Positions 1 to 9,370 of a DNA stretch of 64,000 nt are shown in pieces. The DNA comes from Nitrospirota bacterium (GTDB taxonomy: Bacteria > Nitrospirota > Leptospirillia > Leptospirillales > Leptospirillaceae), in assembly GCA_021810805.1 (NCBI GenBank), contig JAJZHW010000005.1:45153-109152 (forward strand), in the 5' to 3' direction. The notes below the pieces were generated by a model. That model saw only the letters and a list, made by a program, of their open reading frames with translations, did no database searches and was not told the DNA's origin. The stretch's first letter is position 1. The number at the start of each line of letters is the position of its first letter. The position numbers and the translations under genes were made by a program.

Positions 1-693
1 GGAGCCCGCAGGAAGTCCCAGAAAGCGGGCGGCTTGCCCGATCTCCAAAAGTGCCAGAGTATTGTCGTATTCGTAGAGACCCGACTTGAAAATCCCCGCC
101 ACCTGGAAGTGGCGGATCTTGGGGATCATCCCGAAGGCGGAAGGCGTTCCCGTAGGGCTGATGAGGTCGACCTTGTCGCCAAGATCAACGCCGAGACGAT
201 CGGCCAGATCGGAGCCAAGGATCACTCCGGGAAGGTCTCCCGGCTTTAGGGCCGCATCCCGGGAGAGATCCGCGAGATGGCCTTCGACCATATAGCGGTC
301 AATGCGGGTCACGGCACTTTCGCGGACCGGATCCACCCCCCGGATGACCGTTCCCGAGACGGTCTTGTCCGCGGAGATCATGGCCTGGCCGACGATGAAA
401 GGGGCAAGGGCCGTCACGCCGGGAATGGCGGCCACCGACTTTTCGATCTGGCCGGGATGGGGGATCGCACTGCCCCGCCCGTCTGTCAGAACGATGTGGG
501 AGTTGACCCCAAGGATCTTGGATCGAAGCTTGTGCTGGAATCCGGTCATCACCCCGAGAGTGGCCATGAGGGCCGCCACGCCGACTGTGACCCCCGCCAC
601 GGAGATGACGGTGTTGAGGGAGAGGCGCCTCTTGTCGCTTCGTGAGGAGCGAAGGTAGCGAAGGGCGACTCTCAGTTCGAAAAATGGGGTCAT
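1..693 (-). CDS. LolC/LolE-family (FtsX-type) lipoprotein-release ABC permease, N-terminal 231 codons; the 3' end lies beyond the window start
   Basis: Own translation of the minus strand from ATG 693-691: MTPFFELRVALRYLRSSRSDKRRLSLNTVISVAGVTVGVAALMATLGVMTGFQHKLRSKILGVNSHIVL..., the typical LolCE N-terminus. It is absent from the ORF track because it runs off the window. ATGA overlap with the lysS stop. Confidence 0.8.
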   Translation of the reverse strand, partial: MTPFFELRVALRYLRSSRSDKRRLSLNTVISVAGVTVGVAALMATLGVMTGFQHKLRSKILGVNSHIVLTDGRGSAIPHPGQIEKSVAAIPGVTALAPFIVGQAMISADKTVSGTVIRGVDPVRESAVTRIDRYMVEGHLADLSRDAALKPGDLPGVILGSDLADRLGVDLGDKVDLISPTGTPSAFGMIPKIRHFQVAGIFKSGLYEYDNTLALLEIGQAARFLGLPAGS

Positions 694-2219
694 GCGTCGG
701 GCCTGAGCAGGGGAAAGAGGAGAACGTCGCGGATGGAGGTCTGGTTGGTCAGGAGCATCACGAGCCTGTCGATGCCGATCCCTTCTCCCGCCGTGGGGGG
801 GAGCCCGTACTCCAGGGCCCGGACATAGTCGTAGTCGGGCGGAGGCGCCTCCAGATCTCCCGATTGGCGGGATTCCTGTTGAGAGAGGAATCTCCGGAGC
901 TGCTCGTCGGGATCGTTCAGTTCGTTGAACCCATTGGCCACTTCGATACCGGCAATGAAAAGCTCGAAGCGGTCGGTGACCTCCGGATCGCTCTCGGAGG
1001 AGCGGGCGAGCGGCGAGATGGCCTTGGGATAGCCTGTGACGAAGGTGGGCTGGATCAAGGTGGGCTCGATGGCCTCCTCAAAGAGGGCATTCAGGAGGAG
1101 GGCGACATAGGGCTTTCCGGGGCGAGGCTCCGGAACAGGAATCTTCTTGTCATGAAGAAGATCCACCAGCCGACGATCGTTAAAATAGTCTTCAGGGGAG
1201 AGTCCGAAGGCCTCCCCGATCGACTCGAGGTAGGAGATCTTCCGGAAGGGAGGCGTGAGGTCGATCTCCTGGTCCCCAAAGGGGAGGCGGGTCGTGCCGT
1301 GGACCTCCCGGGCCAGATCCGAGAGGAGGCGTTCCGTCAGAACCATCAGCTCCTGATAGGAGGCATAGGCCGCGTAGAACTCCATCATGGTGAACTCGGG
1401 ATTGTGGCGGGTGCTGATCCCCTCGTTGCGGAAATTCCGGTTGATTTCGTAGACCCGGGTCATGCCCCCGACGATGAGGCGTTTGAGGTAGAGCTCCGGG
1501 GCGATCCGCAGAAAGAGTTCGAGGTCGAGGGCATTGTGGTGGGTCGAGAAGGGGCGGGCAAGGGCCCCGCCGGGAGTCGGCTGCATCATCGGGGTTTCCA
1601 CCTCGATAAAGCCCTCCCCATCCATGAATCGCCGAATGAAGCGAACGATCCGCGAGCGGGTGACAAAGACCCGATGGGCTTCCGGGGTCACAATGAGATC
1701 GACATATCTCTGCCGATAGCGGGCTTCGGTATCGGAAAGACCATGCCACTTGTCGGGAAGGGGACGGACAGACTTGGAAAGAAGCGTCAGGGAGGAGGCT
1801 TGAAGTGTGGGCTCCCCGGTCTTTGTGAAGAAAAAGGACCCTTCAACCCCCACGATGTCTCCCAGATCGAGCAGTTCGGCCCAGGTGGCGTAGGACTCTC
1901 CCAGCGCATCGGCCTTGGCGTAAATCTGAAAGCGCTCCCCCTCATCCTGAAGCGTGGCAAAGAAGGCCTTGCCGAATTTGCGCATGAGGACGATTCGTCC
2001 GGCGATCCGAGCCTCGGGGGCCGGATCGGTCAAGGTCTCAGGGGTCAGCGAGGCCGTTCTCTCCCGAAGGCTCAAGATGGTTTCGCGGCGGGGAAAGGGG
2101 GCTCCGTAAGGGTCGATCCCCCGGGCAAGGATCTGGTCGCGTTTTGCCCGGCGAACCCGTTCGTGTTCGCTCTGCTCAAGGGGGGCACTGGAGGTTGAGG
2201 GGGTGTTATCGGATGTCAC
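690..2219 (-). CDS. lysS: Lysine--tRNA ligase (class II)
   Basis: 509-aa ORF. OB-fold N-terminus followed by a class II core (FIEVETPMMQ..., NRNFRNEGIS..., GEGIGIDRLVMLL). Confidence 0.93.
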   Translation of the reverse strand: MTSDNTPSTSSAPLEQSEHERVRRAKRDQILARGIDPYGAPFPRRETILSLRERTASLTPETLTDPAPEARIAGRIVLMRKFGKAFFATLQDEGERFQIYAKADALGESYATWAELLDLGDIVGVEGSFFFTKTGEPTLQASSLTLLSKSVRPLPDKWHGLSDTEARYRQRYVDLIVTPEAHRVFVTRSRIVRFIRRFMDGEGFIEVETPMMQPTPGGALARPFSTHHNALDLELFLRIAPELYLKRLIVGGMTRVYEINRNFRNEGISTRHNPEFTMMEFYAAYASYQELMVLTERLLSDLAREVHGTTRLPFGDQEIDLTPPFRKISYLESIGEAFGLSPEDYFNDRRLVDLLHDKKIPVPEPRPGKPYVALLLNALFEEAIEPTLIQPTFVTGYPKAISPLARSSESDPEVTDRFELFIAGIEVANGFNELNDPDEQLRRFLSQQESRQSGDLEAPPPDYDYVRALEYGLPPTAGEGIGIDRLVMLLTNQTSIRDVLLFPLLRPDA

Positions 2220-2228
2220 GGAAGGACC

Positions 2229-3305
2229 TCATGATTGGGGAGCCGACTCCCGATCGGAGCCGGAGGAGAGATAGTCGGAGAGCTCTTCCGGGCGAAAGAC
2301 GCCCCGTTCGGTGATGATGGCCGTAATGTTTCGGGCGGGGGTCACGTCAAAGGCGGGGTTGTAGACCGAGATGCCTTCAGGCGCCATGCGCCGTTCCCCG
2401 GCATGGGTGATCTCCCGGGAGGAGCGTTCTTCGATGGGGATGGCCTGTCCGTTGGGGGTGCGAGGATCGATCGTGGAGAAGGGGGCGGCGATATAGAAGG
2501 GAATGCCGTGTTCCCGGGCAAGAACTGAAAGGCCGTAGGTGCCCACCTTGTTGGCCGTGTCACCGTTGGCCGCGATCCTGTCGGCTCCCACGATCACCGC
2601 ATCAATGCGACCCTGGGACATGACCATGGCCGCCATGGAGTCGGTGATCAAGGTGGTGGGGATTCCGTCGGCGGCCAGTTCGTAAGCCGTCAGCCGGGCT
2701 CCCTGAAGATAGGGGCGGGTCTCGTCGGCAAAGACCTTGACCGTCTTGCCGGCCTCAATCGCTCCCCGGATGACGCCCAGGGCGGTTCCGTACCCTCCGG
2801 TGGCCAAGGCCCCGGCATTGCAGTGTGTCAGGACCGTGGCCTTCTGGGGAAGAAGCGACTGTCCATGGGCGCCGATCTTTCGGTTTCTCAGGACATCGTC
2901 ATCCTTGATCGACTGGGCTTCGGCAAAGAGGATTCGGGCGCGTTCCTTGGGGGGCAGGCCGGCGTTCTTTTGCCAGATGGGACGCATCCGGTCGATGGCC
3001 CAGAAGAGATTCACGGCGGTGGGGCGGGTCTTGCCAATGGTAAGGGCGACCTCCTCCATGTAGCTTGAAAAGGAGAGCCCGTCGGAGGGGGCCGATTCTT
3101 CTTGAGCTCCGAGGGCGATGCCGAAGGCGGCAGAAATCCCGATGGCAGGAGCTCCGCGAACCACCATCTCGCGGATGGCCTCGGCCATCTGCTTGTGAGT
3201 TCTGCAGGGAACCTCGATCTCTCGCGTGGGAAGTTCCCTCTGGTCGATCAGGTGAACGAGTATCCTTCCGTCTTTTTCCGCGGTTGTCCAGAGTGCTTCG
3301 ACCAT
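2229..3305 (-). CDS. mtnA: S-methyl-5-thioribose-1-phosphate isomerase (eIF-2B alpha/beta/delta family)
   Basis: 358 aa; ...LIDQRELP...VRGAPAIGISAAFG...THCNAGALAT...VGADRIAANGDTANKVGTY, typical MtnA motifs. Confidence 0.9.
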   Translation of the reverse strand: MVEALWTTAEKDGRILVHLIDQRELPTREIEVPCRTHKQMAEAIREMVVRGAPAIGISAAFGIALGAQEESAPSDGLSFSSYMEEVALTIGKTRPTAVNLFWAIDRMRPIWQKNAGLPPKERARILFAEAQSIKDDDVLRNRKIGAHGQSLLPQKATVLTHCNAGALATGGYGTALGVIRGAIEAGKTVKVFADETRPYLQGARLTAYELAADGIPTTLITDSMAAMVMSQGRIDAVIVGADRIAANGDTANKVGTYGLSVLAREHGIPFYIAAPFSTIDPRTPNGQAIPIEERSSREITHAGERRMAPEGISVYNPAFDVTPARNITAIITERGVFRPEELSDYLSSGSDRESAPQS

Positions 3306-3351
3306 GTCGTCCTCAATCGTTGTCGGAGTTTTTCAGACTCTCCGAGTCGGG

Positions 3352-4137
3352 TTATTTTTGGGGAGAAAGAGGCAGCGGCTGGGTGGTGGCCGGAGGCGTT
3401 ATGCCATTCTTCATAAGAAATGGCTCGGATTCAGCGGCCCAGGGGGAGCTGGGAAATTCCTTCACGAGCTTTTTGTAGTTGATGATGGCCAGTGCCGGCT
3501 GGTTGAGAATCTCGTAGGTCTTCCCGATGTTGTAGAGGGCCGCATCGGCCAGAGTCTTTTCCGGGAACTCGGTGACCTTCTGGAACATGGCGATCGCCTG
3601 GTCGTATTGGTGTGCCGACATCATGGTCAGCCCCATGCTCTCGTAATAAAACGGAAGAAGCTTCATGTTGCCGGCATTCATGTCGAGCCCCCTGTGGAGC
3701 CATTCGATGGCCTTCGAGGAGTCCTGGGGGCTCTGTATATTGATGATGGAGGCCAAGAAAAGTGGGGCGACATGGGAGGAGGGGGTGTCAGGGTAGGAGG
3801 ACATGACCTGCTCCAAAAGCTTTTTTGCCTCGACAAGCTCCGGACCGTTGGTCTGTTGCCCCCGCGAATAGAGCTGCTCTGCCTTGGTTTCCAGGGCGGC
3901 CGCCTCAGACTCCTTCGCCACTTTTTTTGAATGGATGTGGTAGACGATTCCCACCCCCACCAGAAGAATGAAGAGGATCGTTCCCACAAAACCCCAGGCA
4001 TTTTTGGAGGGTCCCATCCCTGAGATTCTGTCGGCGAGGGCTTCAACCCGAGGGGGGACGGGAGGGGTTCCGGGAGTGCTGGAGACCGGAGAGGAAGCAT
4101 TTTCCGGAGTGTTCTTTTTTCTGATGCGGTAGGCCAT
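3352..4137 (-). CDS. Membrane-anchored TPR-like protein (YfgM-like architecture)
   Basis: Start trimmed to ATG 4137 (MAYRIRKK...), which follows the ferredoxin stop at 4148. One TM helix (WGFVGTILFILLVGVGIVY) followed by TPR-like helices. Confidence 0.6.
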   Translation of the reverse strand: MAYRIRKKNTPENASSPVSSTPGTPPVPPRVEALADRISGMGPSKNAWGFVGTILFILLVGVGIVYHIHSKKVAKESEAAALETKAEQLYSRGQQTNGPELVEAKKLLEQVMSSYPDTPSSHVAPLFLASIINIQSPQDSSKAIEWLHRGLDMNAGNMKLLPFYYESMGLTMMSAHQYDQAIAMFQKVTEFPEKTLADAALYNIGKTYEILNQPALAIINYKKLVKEFPSSPWAAESEPFLMKNGITPPATTQPLPLSPQK

Positions 4138-4147
4138 TGTCTTCCTT

Positions 4148-4519
4148 TCAGAGTTTCTTGATGTGTGGGGGGATCTCCCCAGGTGTTTCATGGACTCCGA
4201 GCACATACGCCACATTGCCGGGAAGCGGGTTTGCCTTTTTCTCCCGAATGGCGTCAAGAAGGGTTCGTGTCCGGCCTTCTGTCATATCGGAAAACCAGGT
4301 GCCCTCGGGATAGAGAAGAACCATGGGTCCACTCTCGCACATGTTGAGGCATCCGGTTTTGGAGACGAGCAAAGAGGCAAGTTCCGGGGAGTTGTCGACA
4401 ATGTTCTGGGCGAGAATTTTCATCTCTTCTCCCCCCTTGCCAAGACATTTGTTCCCGGTGCAAAAGAGCATATGATGGCGAATCGGAGTTTTTGTCAGCA
4501 AGGGAGGTATTCCCTGCAA
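4148..4519 (-). CDS. Thioredoxin-like [2Fe-2S] ferredoxin (NuoE-like fold)
   Basis: 123 aa with CX4C ... CX3C (CTGNKC ... CLNMC) and the HHxxFCTG context. Lies immediately downstream of the NuoF-like gene. Confidence 0.7.
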   Translation of the reverse strand: MQGIPPLLTKTPIRHHMLFCTGNKCLGKGGEEMKILAQNIVDNSPELASLLVSKTGCLNMCESGPMVLLYPEGTWFSDMTEGRTRTLLDAIREKKANPLPGNVAYVLGVHETPGEIPPHIKKL

Positions 4520-4531
4520 AAGATTCTTGTC

Positions 4532-5893
4532 TTATCCATGGGTCGGGAGGCCTTTGTCAGGGAGAAGATCGATGAAGTGCTCGTAGTGCCATGCCGGGAC
4601 TCTTCGGGGAAGCGTTGTTCCACCGGAGGCAATCTCTTCCTGAAGAAGGGGGGTGAAGTGTTCGAGAAGGGATTCCACCATGAAGGCGGAGGCGGTAATG
4701 AGTCCGCAATTTCCCCGGCCCTTGATCATTTTTGTGATCTTTCGAAGCCTCTCGATCCCTTCCTCCGCGCGATGGCCGTTCATGAGACCCTCCAGGATCT
4801 GATGGAGGGATTCCGTGCCCAGTCGGCAGGGAGGGCATTGGCCGCAGGAGCCCTTTTCATAAAACTCCGAGAAGGCCGCCGTTGTGGCGAGGATGGAGTC
4901 GTTCGATCCCAGAACGATGATTCCGGCTGAGCCAAGGCCTGTGCCCTTGGCGCGGAGGGCGTCGTATTCGAGGGGGGTGTCGATCTCTCGGGCCGGCAGG
5001 ATGCCAAAGGAGGGACCTCCGGTAAAGAAGCACTGAAAGGTCTCTCCCGGGAGCGGCCCTCCCGCATAGTCGTAAAGAAGTCGTTCCAGAGAAAATCCGA
5101 GCGGGAGCTCGACCACCACGGGACGTCTCACCGATCCCGAGACGGAAAAGATCATCGTCCCCGGACTTTTCGGAGTTCCCCTTTCCTTGAATCGGGCCGG
5201 GCCATCGGCCAGGATTCTCGATACGTGGGCATAGGTCTCGACATTGTTGACGACGGTGGGCTTGTGATGGAGGCCCATTTCAGTCGGATAAAAGGGGGGC
5301 TTGGGCCGGGGGCGGGGAGCACGTCCTTCCAGTGCCTCGAGAAGGGCTGTCTCCTCACCGGCAATATAGGCGGCCGGGCCGACGAAGATTTCAATGTCCA
5401 CAGAAAAAGACGTTCCCAGAATGTTGTTGCCGAGGAGCCCGGCGGCAAGGGCCTCTTCGCGAGCCTTCCGAAGAATTTCAATGCCTTCAGGAAAGCTTTC
5501 CTTGATGAAAAGATGGCCGCTTTTTGCCGAGACGGCAAAACAGGCAATGATCATTCCCTCGAGAATCTGATGGGGGGAGCGGGAGATCAGGTAGTGGTCC
5601 TTGTGGCTCCCCGGCTCTCCCTCGCTTCCGTTGGCCACGACATAGCGCACTGGAACCCGGTGGTTGGCGACCTTCTCCCATTTCAGTGCCGTGGGGAAGC
5701 CCGACCCCCCTCGTCCCCGGAGTCCGGATTCCTTGATTTCCGCAATGACATCCGCGGGGGAAAGGGCAGAAAGGACCCGTCTGAGTCCTTTATATCCGCC
5801 TCCCCTCTCGTAGGAGGCCAGAGAGGGGTCACCAAAGATGGCAGGATGGGTGAGGACCCGATCGGGACCCTCCATGATTGTCATATTCTTCAA
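4532..5893 (-). CDS. NuoF/HoxF-like NAD(H)- and FMN-binding iron-sulfur flavoprotein
   Basis: 453 aa; SGLRGRGGSGFPTALKW (FMN/NADH site), GEEPGSHKD, and the C-terminal 4Fe-4S motif GSCGQCPPCRLG. Confidence 0.85.
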   Translation of the reverse strand: MKNMTIMEGPDRVLTHPAIFGDPSLASYERGGGYKGLRRVLSALSPADVIAEIKESGLRGRGGSGFPTALKWEKVANHRVPVRYVVANGSEGEPGSHKDHYLISRSPHQILEGMIIACFAVSAKSGHLFIKESFPEGIEILRKAREEALAAGLLGNNILGTSFSVDIEIFVGPAAYIAGEETALLEALEGRAPRPRPKPPFYPTEMGLHHKPTVVNNVETYAHVSRILADGPARFKERGTPKSPGTMIFSVSGSVRRPVVVELPLGFSLERLLYDYAGGPLPGETFQCFFTGGPSFGILPAREIDTPLEYDALRAKGTGLGSAGIIVLGSNDSILATTAAFSEFYEKGSCGQCPPCRLGTESLHQILEGLMNGHRAEEGIERLRKITKMIKGRGNCGLITASAFMVESLLEHFTPLLQEEIASGGTTLPRRVPAWHYEHFIDLLPDKGLPTHG

Positions 5894-6149
5894 AATGAGA
5901 ACCTTGAGGTTGGAAGCCTTCGTGGCTCCCGAGAAAAGTAGAGGCTGAACGGGCCATCCTGTTTCAAGGGAGGTATGACGGCGGAAAAATTCCGGTATCT
6001 TTGAATTTTACTGCGATGACAGCTTTTTTTCAACTGGAAAGTCGCCCGTTCCTTGGAGAATAAAGGCTTCTTTTTGTTGCATGAGAAGGAAAAAATCAGT
6101 CGGGAAGGTCGGCCAGTTCGCCGGGAAAAGGAAAGTGGGGGGATCAACA

Positions 6150-7331
6150 CTATCGATCGGCGACGACTGGCCCGGTATCTCCTTGGACTGACTGTACGGG
6201 AGACTTTTGCGAGAGGTTTGCCAGAAGGGAGTGAGCAGTGGCCACGGACTCCCGGGCGCTTGGCCCAAGAACCGTAAAGTGGCCCATTTTTCTTCCGGGA
6301 CGGGGAGAGGCCTTTCCGTAGAGGGTCAGCTTGGCCTGAGGATGACGAAGAATTGCCGTGAAGTCCGGGGGGGTTGTTCCCGACCAGAGGTTTCCCAGGA
6401 TGTTTCCCATGGCGCAGGGGGAGAGGAGTGTTGTCGAGGCAAGGGGAAGGCCGCAAAGGGTTCGAACCTGCTGGTCGAACTGGCTGGCAAGGCAGGCATC
6501 CATGGTGTAGTGGCCGCTATTGTGGGGGCGCGGGGCCAGTTCGTTGACGAAAAGACCTCCTGACCTGTCCAGAAAATATTCGACGGCAAGAATACCTGTG
6601 TAGTCCAATGTGTGAGCGATGGCTGTTCCGATGTCCCGGATCTCTTTTATCAGATCGTGCGAGAGGTCTGCCGGGACCGATGAAAGATGGAGGATTCCTC
6701 CCTCGTGGACATTCTCGGCGACCGGGTAGAGACGTGTCTCGCCATCGGCTCCCCGGACGATCAGGAGAGAGAACTCGCGCGCAAGGTCGAGGCGCTTTTC
6801 CAGGACGAAAGGGCCCGGAGCGGAGGAAAGAAGCCTGGTGAGATCCTCGACACATCCGACAGGCCACTGTCCTTTCCCGTCATAGCCTTCTCGGGCCGTT
6901 TTAAGAATTCCCGGAAGAAGGGGCTGCACAGTGACCGGGGAGGGGGGGGATTCCCGGCTAACCACAAGAAAAGGGGCGGTGGAAAATCCATTTTTTGACA
7001 GAAAGTTTTTTTCGAGGATGCGATCCTGGCAGGTGGCGACAGAGAGGGGCGAGGGGCGAACGACGCCGCGGTCGGCGAGGAATTCGAGGGATCGGGCCGG
7101 AACACTTTCAAATTCGGTGGTGATGGCGGCGCAGCTTTCGGAGAGATCCCGGAGGGATTTCTCCTGATCGTAGGGAGAAACGATGGAACGGTCGGCCGCC
7201 GCCATGGCGGGGGCGGTGGGATCGGGGTCGAGAACTACCGTCTTGTACCCCATGCGTCGGGCAGAGAGGACAAAAAAAAGGCCCAACTGTCCCCCTCCCA
7301 GAACACCGAGTGTTGCGCCAGGTCTGATCAC
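6150..7331 (-). CDS. purK: N5-carboxyaminoimidazole ribonucleotide synthase
   Basis: 393 aa; ATP-grasp; N-terminus LGVLGGGQLG; located immediately downstream of purE. Confidence 0.9.
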   Translation of the reverse strand: MIRPGATLGVLGGGQLGLFFVLSARRMGYKTVVLDPDPTAPAMAAADRSIVSPYDQEKSLRDLSESCAAITTEFESVPARSLEFLADRGVVRPSPLSVATCQDRILEKNFLSKNGFSTAPFLVVSRESPPSPVTVQPLLPGILKTAREGYDGKGQWPVGCVEDLTRLLSSAPGPFVLEKRLDLAREFSLLIVRGADGETRLYPVAENVHEGGILHLSSVPADLSHDLIKEIRDIGTAIAHTLDYTGILAVEYFLDRSGGLFVNELAPRPHNSGHYTMDACLASQFDQQVRTLCGLPLASTTLLSPCAMGNILGNLWSGTTPPDFTAILRHPQAKLTLYGKASPRPGRKMGHFTVLGPSARESVATAHSLLANLSQKSPVQSVQGDTGPVVADR

Positions 7332-7344
7332 GGAGTCAAGGCTC

Positions 7345-7860
7345 CTACGGTCTGGGAAGGGTCATCTGGTGAACCTGCTCCACAAGCTCTGCCTTGTATT
7401 CTTCAACTTTCCGCAGGAGCGTCGGGTTCGATATTGCCAGCATCGAAACGGCAAAAAGTCCGGCGTTGGTCGAGCCGGCCTTTCCAATGGCGAAGGTCGC
7501 CACAGGGACGCCTTTAGGCATCTGAACGATCGAATAGAGGGAGTCGACTCCGCCAAGGTGAACAGTGGGAACCGGCACCCCGAGGACGGGAAGGGGAGTG
7601 AGGGAGGCAATCATTCCGGGCAGATGGGCGGCTCCCCCGGCTCCGGCAATGATGAGCTTGAGACCCCGGGCGGCGGCCCCCTTGGCATACTCAACCATGT
7701 CGAGAGGGGTGCGGTGAGCCGAGACGACACGGCATTCGTGGGGGACCCCAAAGCGATCGAGGATCTGGGAGGCTCCCTGCATCGTCTCCCAGTCGCTTTG
7801 ACTTCCCATGACGATGCCAATGACGGGATCGTTCACCGGACTCATTCCTTTCTCAGGCAT
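7345..7860 (-). CDS. purE: N5-carboxyaminoimidazole ribonucleotide mutase
   Basis: [14 protein letters not shown]...VVSAHRTP...[14 protein letters not shown]. The start is ambiguous: ATG 7860 or ATG 7845. The longest ORF (7905) overlaps the upstream gene by 52 nt. Confidence 0.9.
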   Translation of the reverse strand: MPEKGMSPVNDPVIGIVMGSQSDWETMQGASQILDRFGVPHECRVVSAHRTPLDMVEYAKGAAARGLKLIIAGAGGAAHLPGMIASLTPLPVLGVPVPTVHLGGVDSLYSIVQMPKGVPVATFAIGKAGSTNAGLFAVSMLAISNPTLLRKVEEYKAELVEQVHQMTLPRP

Positions 7861-8494
7861 CTTCGGCCAAGAGGGTCTCCCCCGCTTTGATGAAGAGGGC
7901 GGCATCGCGGAGTCCTCCGATAAAGACCCTGTCTCCCCCTTCGTTCGTCAGAATCATGGTCGGGCGGGTCGTGACCCCTTCCGATTTTCCCTTTTCCACA
8001 TCGTCCTGCAGTGCGGCTCGGACCTCGGCACTGTCGGCTCGTCTTTCGAGGTCTTTGTCATTGAAGCCAAGGCGGGCGGCTTCCTTAAGAAGCACCTTCG
8101 GGTCACCGATCGGCTCTCCTTCGACAAAGGCCAAAACACGCATTCGCGCCAGAAAGACATGGCCTTTCACCGGGTCTGTCAGCAAGGCAGCTTTTGCATA
8201 TCGGCAGCAGTCTTCCGAGGACTGCGGGGCTTTTCCCGATTCCCAGAGGCGAGGGGTCATGGCCACCCCTGTCAGGCGAGAGACTTTGACGATCTTGCTG
8301 GCAAACTCCGCCTGCGATTTGAGTCCGTGGCCGGAGAGAAAACGGTTCAAATCCTGATAAAGAGGCAGGAGCCGGTGGTGAAAGGCGAGGCGGGATCCAA
8401 AATGGCTCCTGAATGTCTCCATGGCGGCCTCCGCCGCATAGCTCCAGGAGCATATGGGATCGGTGTACCATTCCGCATTGAGTGTGGGTTCCAC
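7853..8494 (-). CDS. DsbA/FrnE-like thioredoxin-fold protein with a monothiol CSWS active-site motif
   Basis: 213 aa; N-terminus [11 protein letters not shown] where this family normally carries CPWC; C-terminal ...[10 protein letters not shown]... cis-Pro region. Confidence 0.65.
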   Translation of the reverse strand: MEPTLNAEWYTDPICSWSYAAEAAMETFRSHFGSRLAFHHRLLPLYQDLNRFLSGHGLKSQAEFASKIVKVSRLTGVAMTPRLWESGKAPQSSEDCCRYAKAALLTDPVKGHVFLARMRVLAFVEGEPIGDPKVLLKEAARLGFNDKDLERRADSAEVRAALQDDVEKGKSEGVTTRPTMILTNEGGDRVFIGGLRDAALFIKAGETLLAEDA

Positions 8495-8502
8495 TGTCTC
8501 TC

Positions 8503-9339
8503 CTATTTTTGGGGTGAGGCGAGGGATCGAATTTTCTCGAGAATGGCTCGAGCCTTGAGAATATACCTTTTTGGCTCTTTTTTGGAAGGGTCAATGGCCT
8601 GGGCCTCCTCCCACAGATGTATCGCCTGATGAAGATGTCGGTGGCGGTAAGCCAGAAGACCTTGGGTGACCTTCTGCTTCCTCAGGTGTTCGATCCTCTT
8701 CACAATGGCGGCGGCCAGAGGATTGCCGGGGTCAATCTTCAAGGCCTGTCTGGCCAGCCCCAGGGCATCATAGAGCCGACTCTCCCCTTCCCGGCGTTTG
8801 GCCCACTGGGCATAGGCCTCGGCGATCAAGGCGCTCTTTGCCCCCGTCATGGATGGAGTGTGTCGGAGGGTGCGAATGGCGAGACGTTCCTTCCCGTGAG
8901 CGATCATTTCGCGAAGTATTTTCTCTTGGCGGGGGAGGGAGAGGGAGCGAAAAAGGGAGGAGTAGCTCTTGTGTGAAAGGGCGTAGAGGCGTTCCAATCT
9001 CAGATTCAGATCCTGTGCTGAGGGGCGAGAGAGTGATGCCACCGCTTGGCGCAAGGCCTCGTTTTTCTCATCATCAGCCAAAAGAGAAGTGAGGAGTGTC
9101 TTCTCCTGAGAGGACGGCATTTTTTTGAGCAGCATTGTTGCTTGAGAAAAATCTCCGGACACTAACGCCGACATCACTCGGTCGACGCTGGCACGGGAGG
9201 GGTGCAGAGAGGGGGGAGGCGGGATCGGAGGAGGGGATTCCGGAGAGGTACAGCCCGAAATCAGGAGCGGCAGGAATATAAAGACTCCTCCCCACAAGAG
9301 GGGGGAGAGGATAGGTCCAATAGGTGTTGTCTTTCCCAT
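8503..9339 (-). CDS. Lipoprotein with helical/TPR-like repeats
   Basis: Start trimmed to ATG 9339 (MGKTTPIGPILSPLLWGGVFIFLPLLISGC), which gives a signal peptide plus lipobox LISGC. The longer ORF would overlap the cyclase gene. Confidence 0.6.
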   Translation of the reverse strand: MGKTTPIGPILSPLLWGGVFIFLPLLISGCTSPESPPPIPPPPSLHPSRASVDRVMSALVSGDFSQATMLLKKMPSSQEKTLLTSLLADDEKNEALRQAVASLSRPSAQDLNLRLERLYALSHKSYSSLFRSLSLPRQEKILREMIAHGKERLAIRTLRHTPSMTGAKSALIAEAYAQWAKRREGESRLYDALGLARQALKIDPGNPLAAAIVKRIEHLRKQKVTQGLLAYRHRHLHQAIHLWEEAQAIDPSKKEPKRYILKARAILEKIRSLASPQK

Positions 9340-9370
9340 TCTCGAGCCGGCGGGAAGGGAAAGCAAAGGG

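Noticed and set aside
642-2198. 518-aa plus-strand ORF covering the lysS locus
   Set aside because: It is antisense to a clear lysyl-tRNA synthetase. The composition is dominated by G/R/E/P/L runs, typical of spurious antisense frames in high-GC DNA, and there are no motifs.
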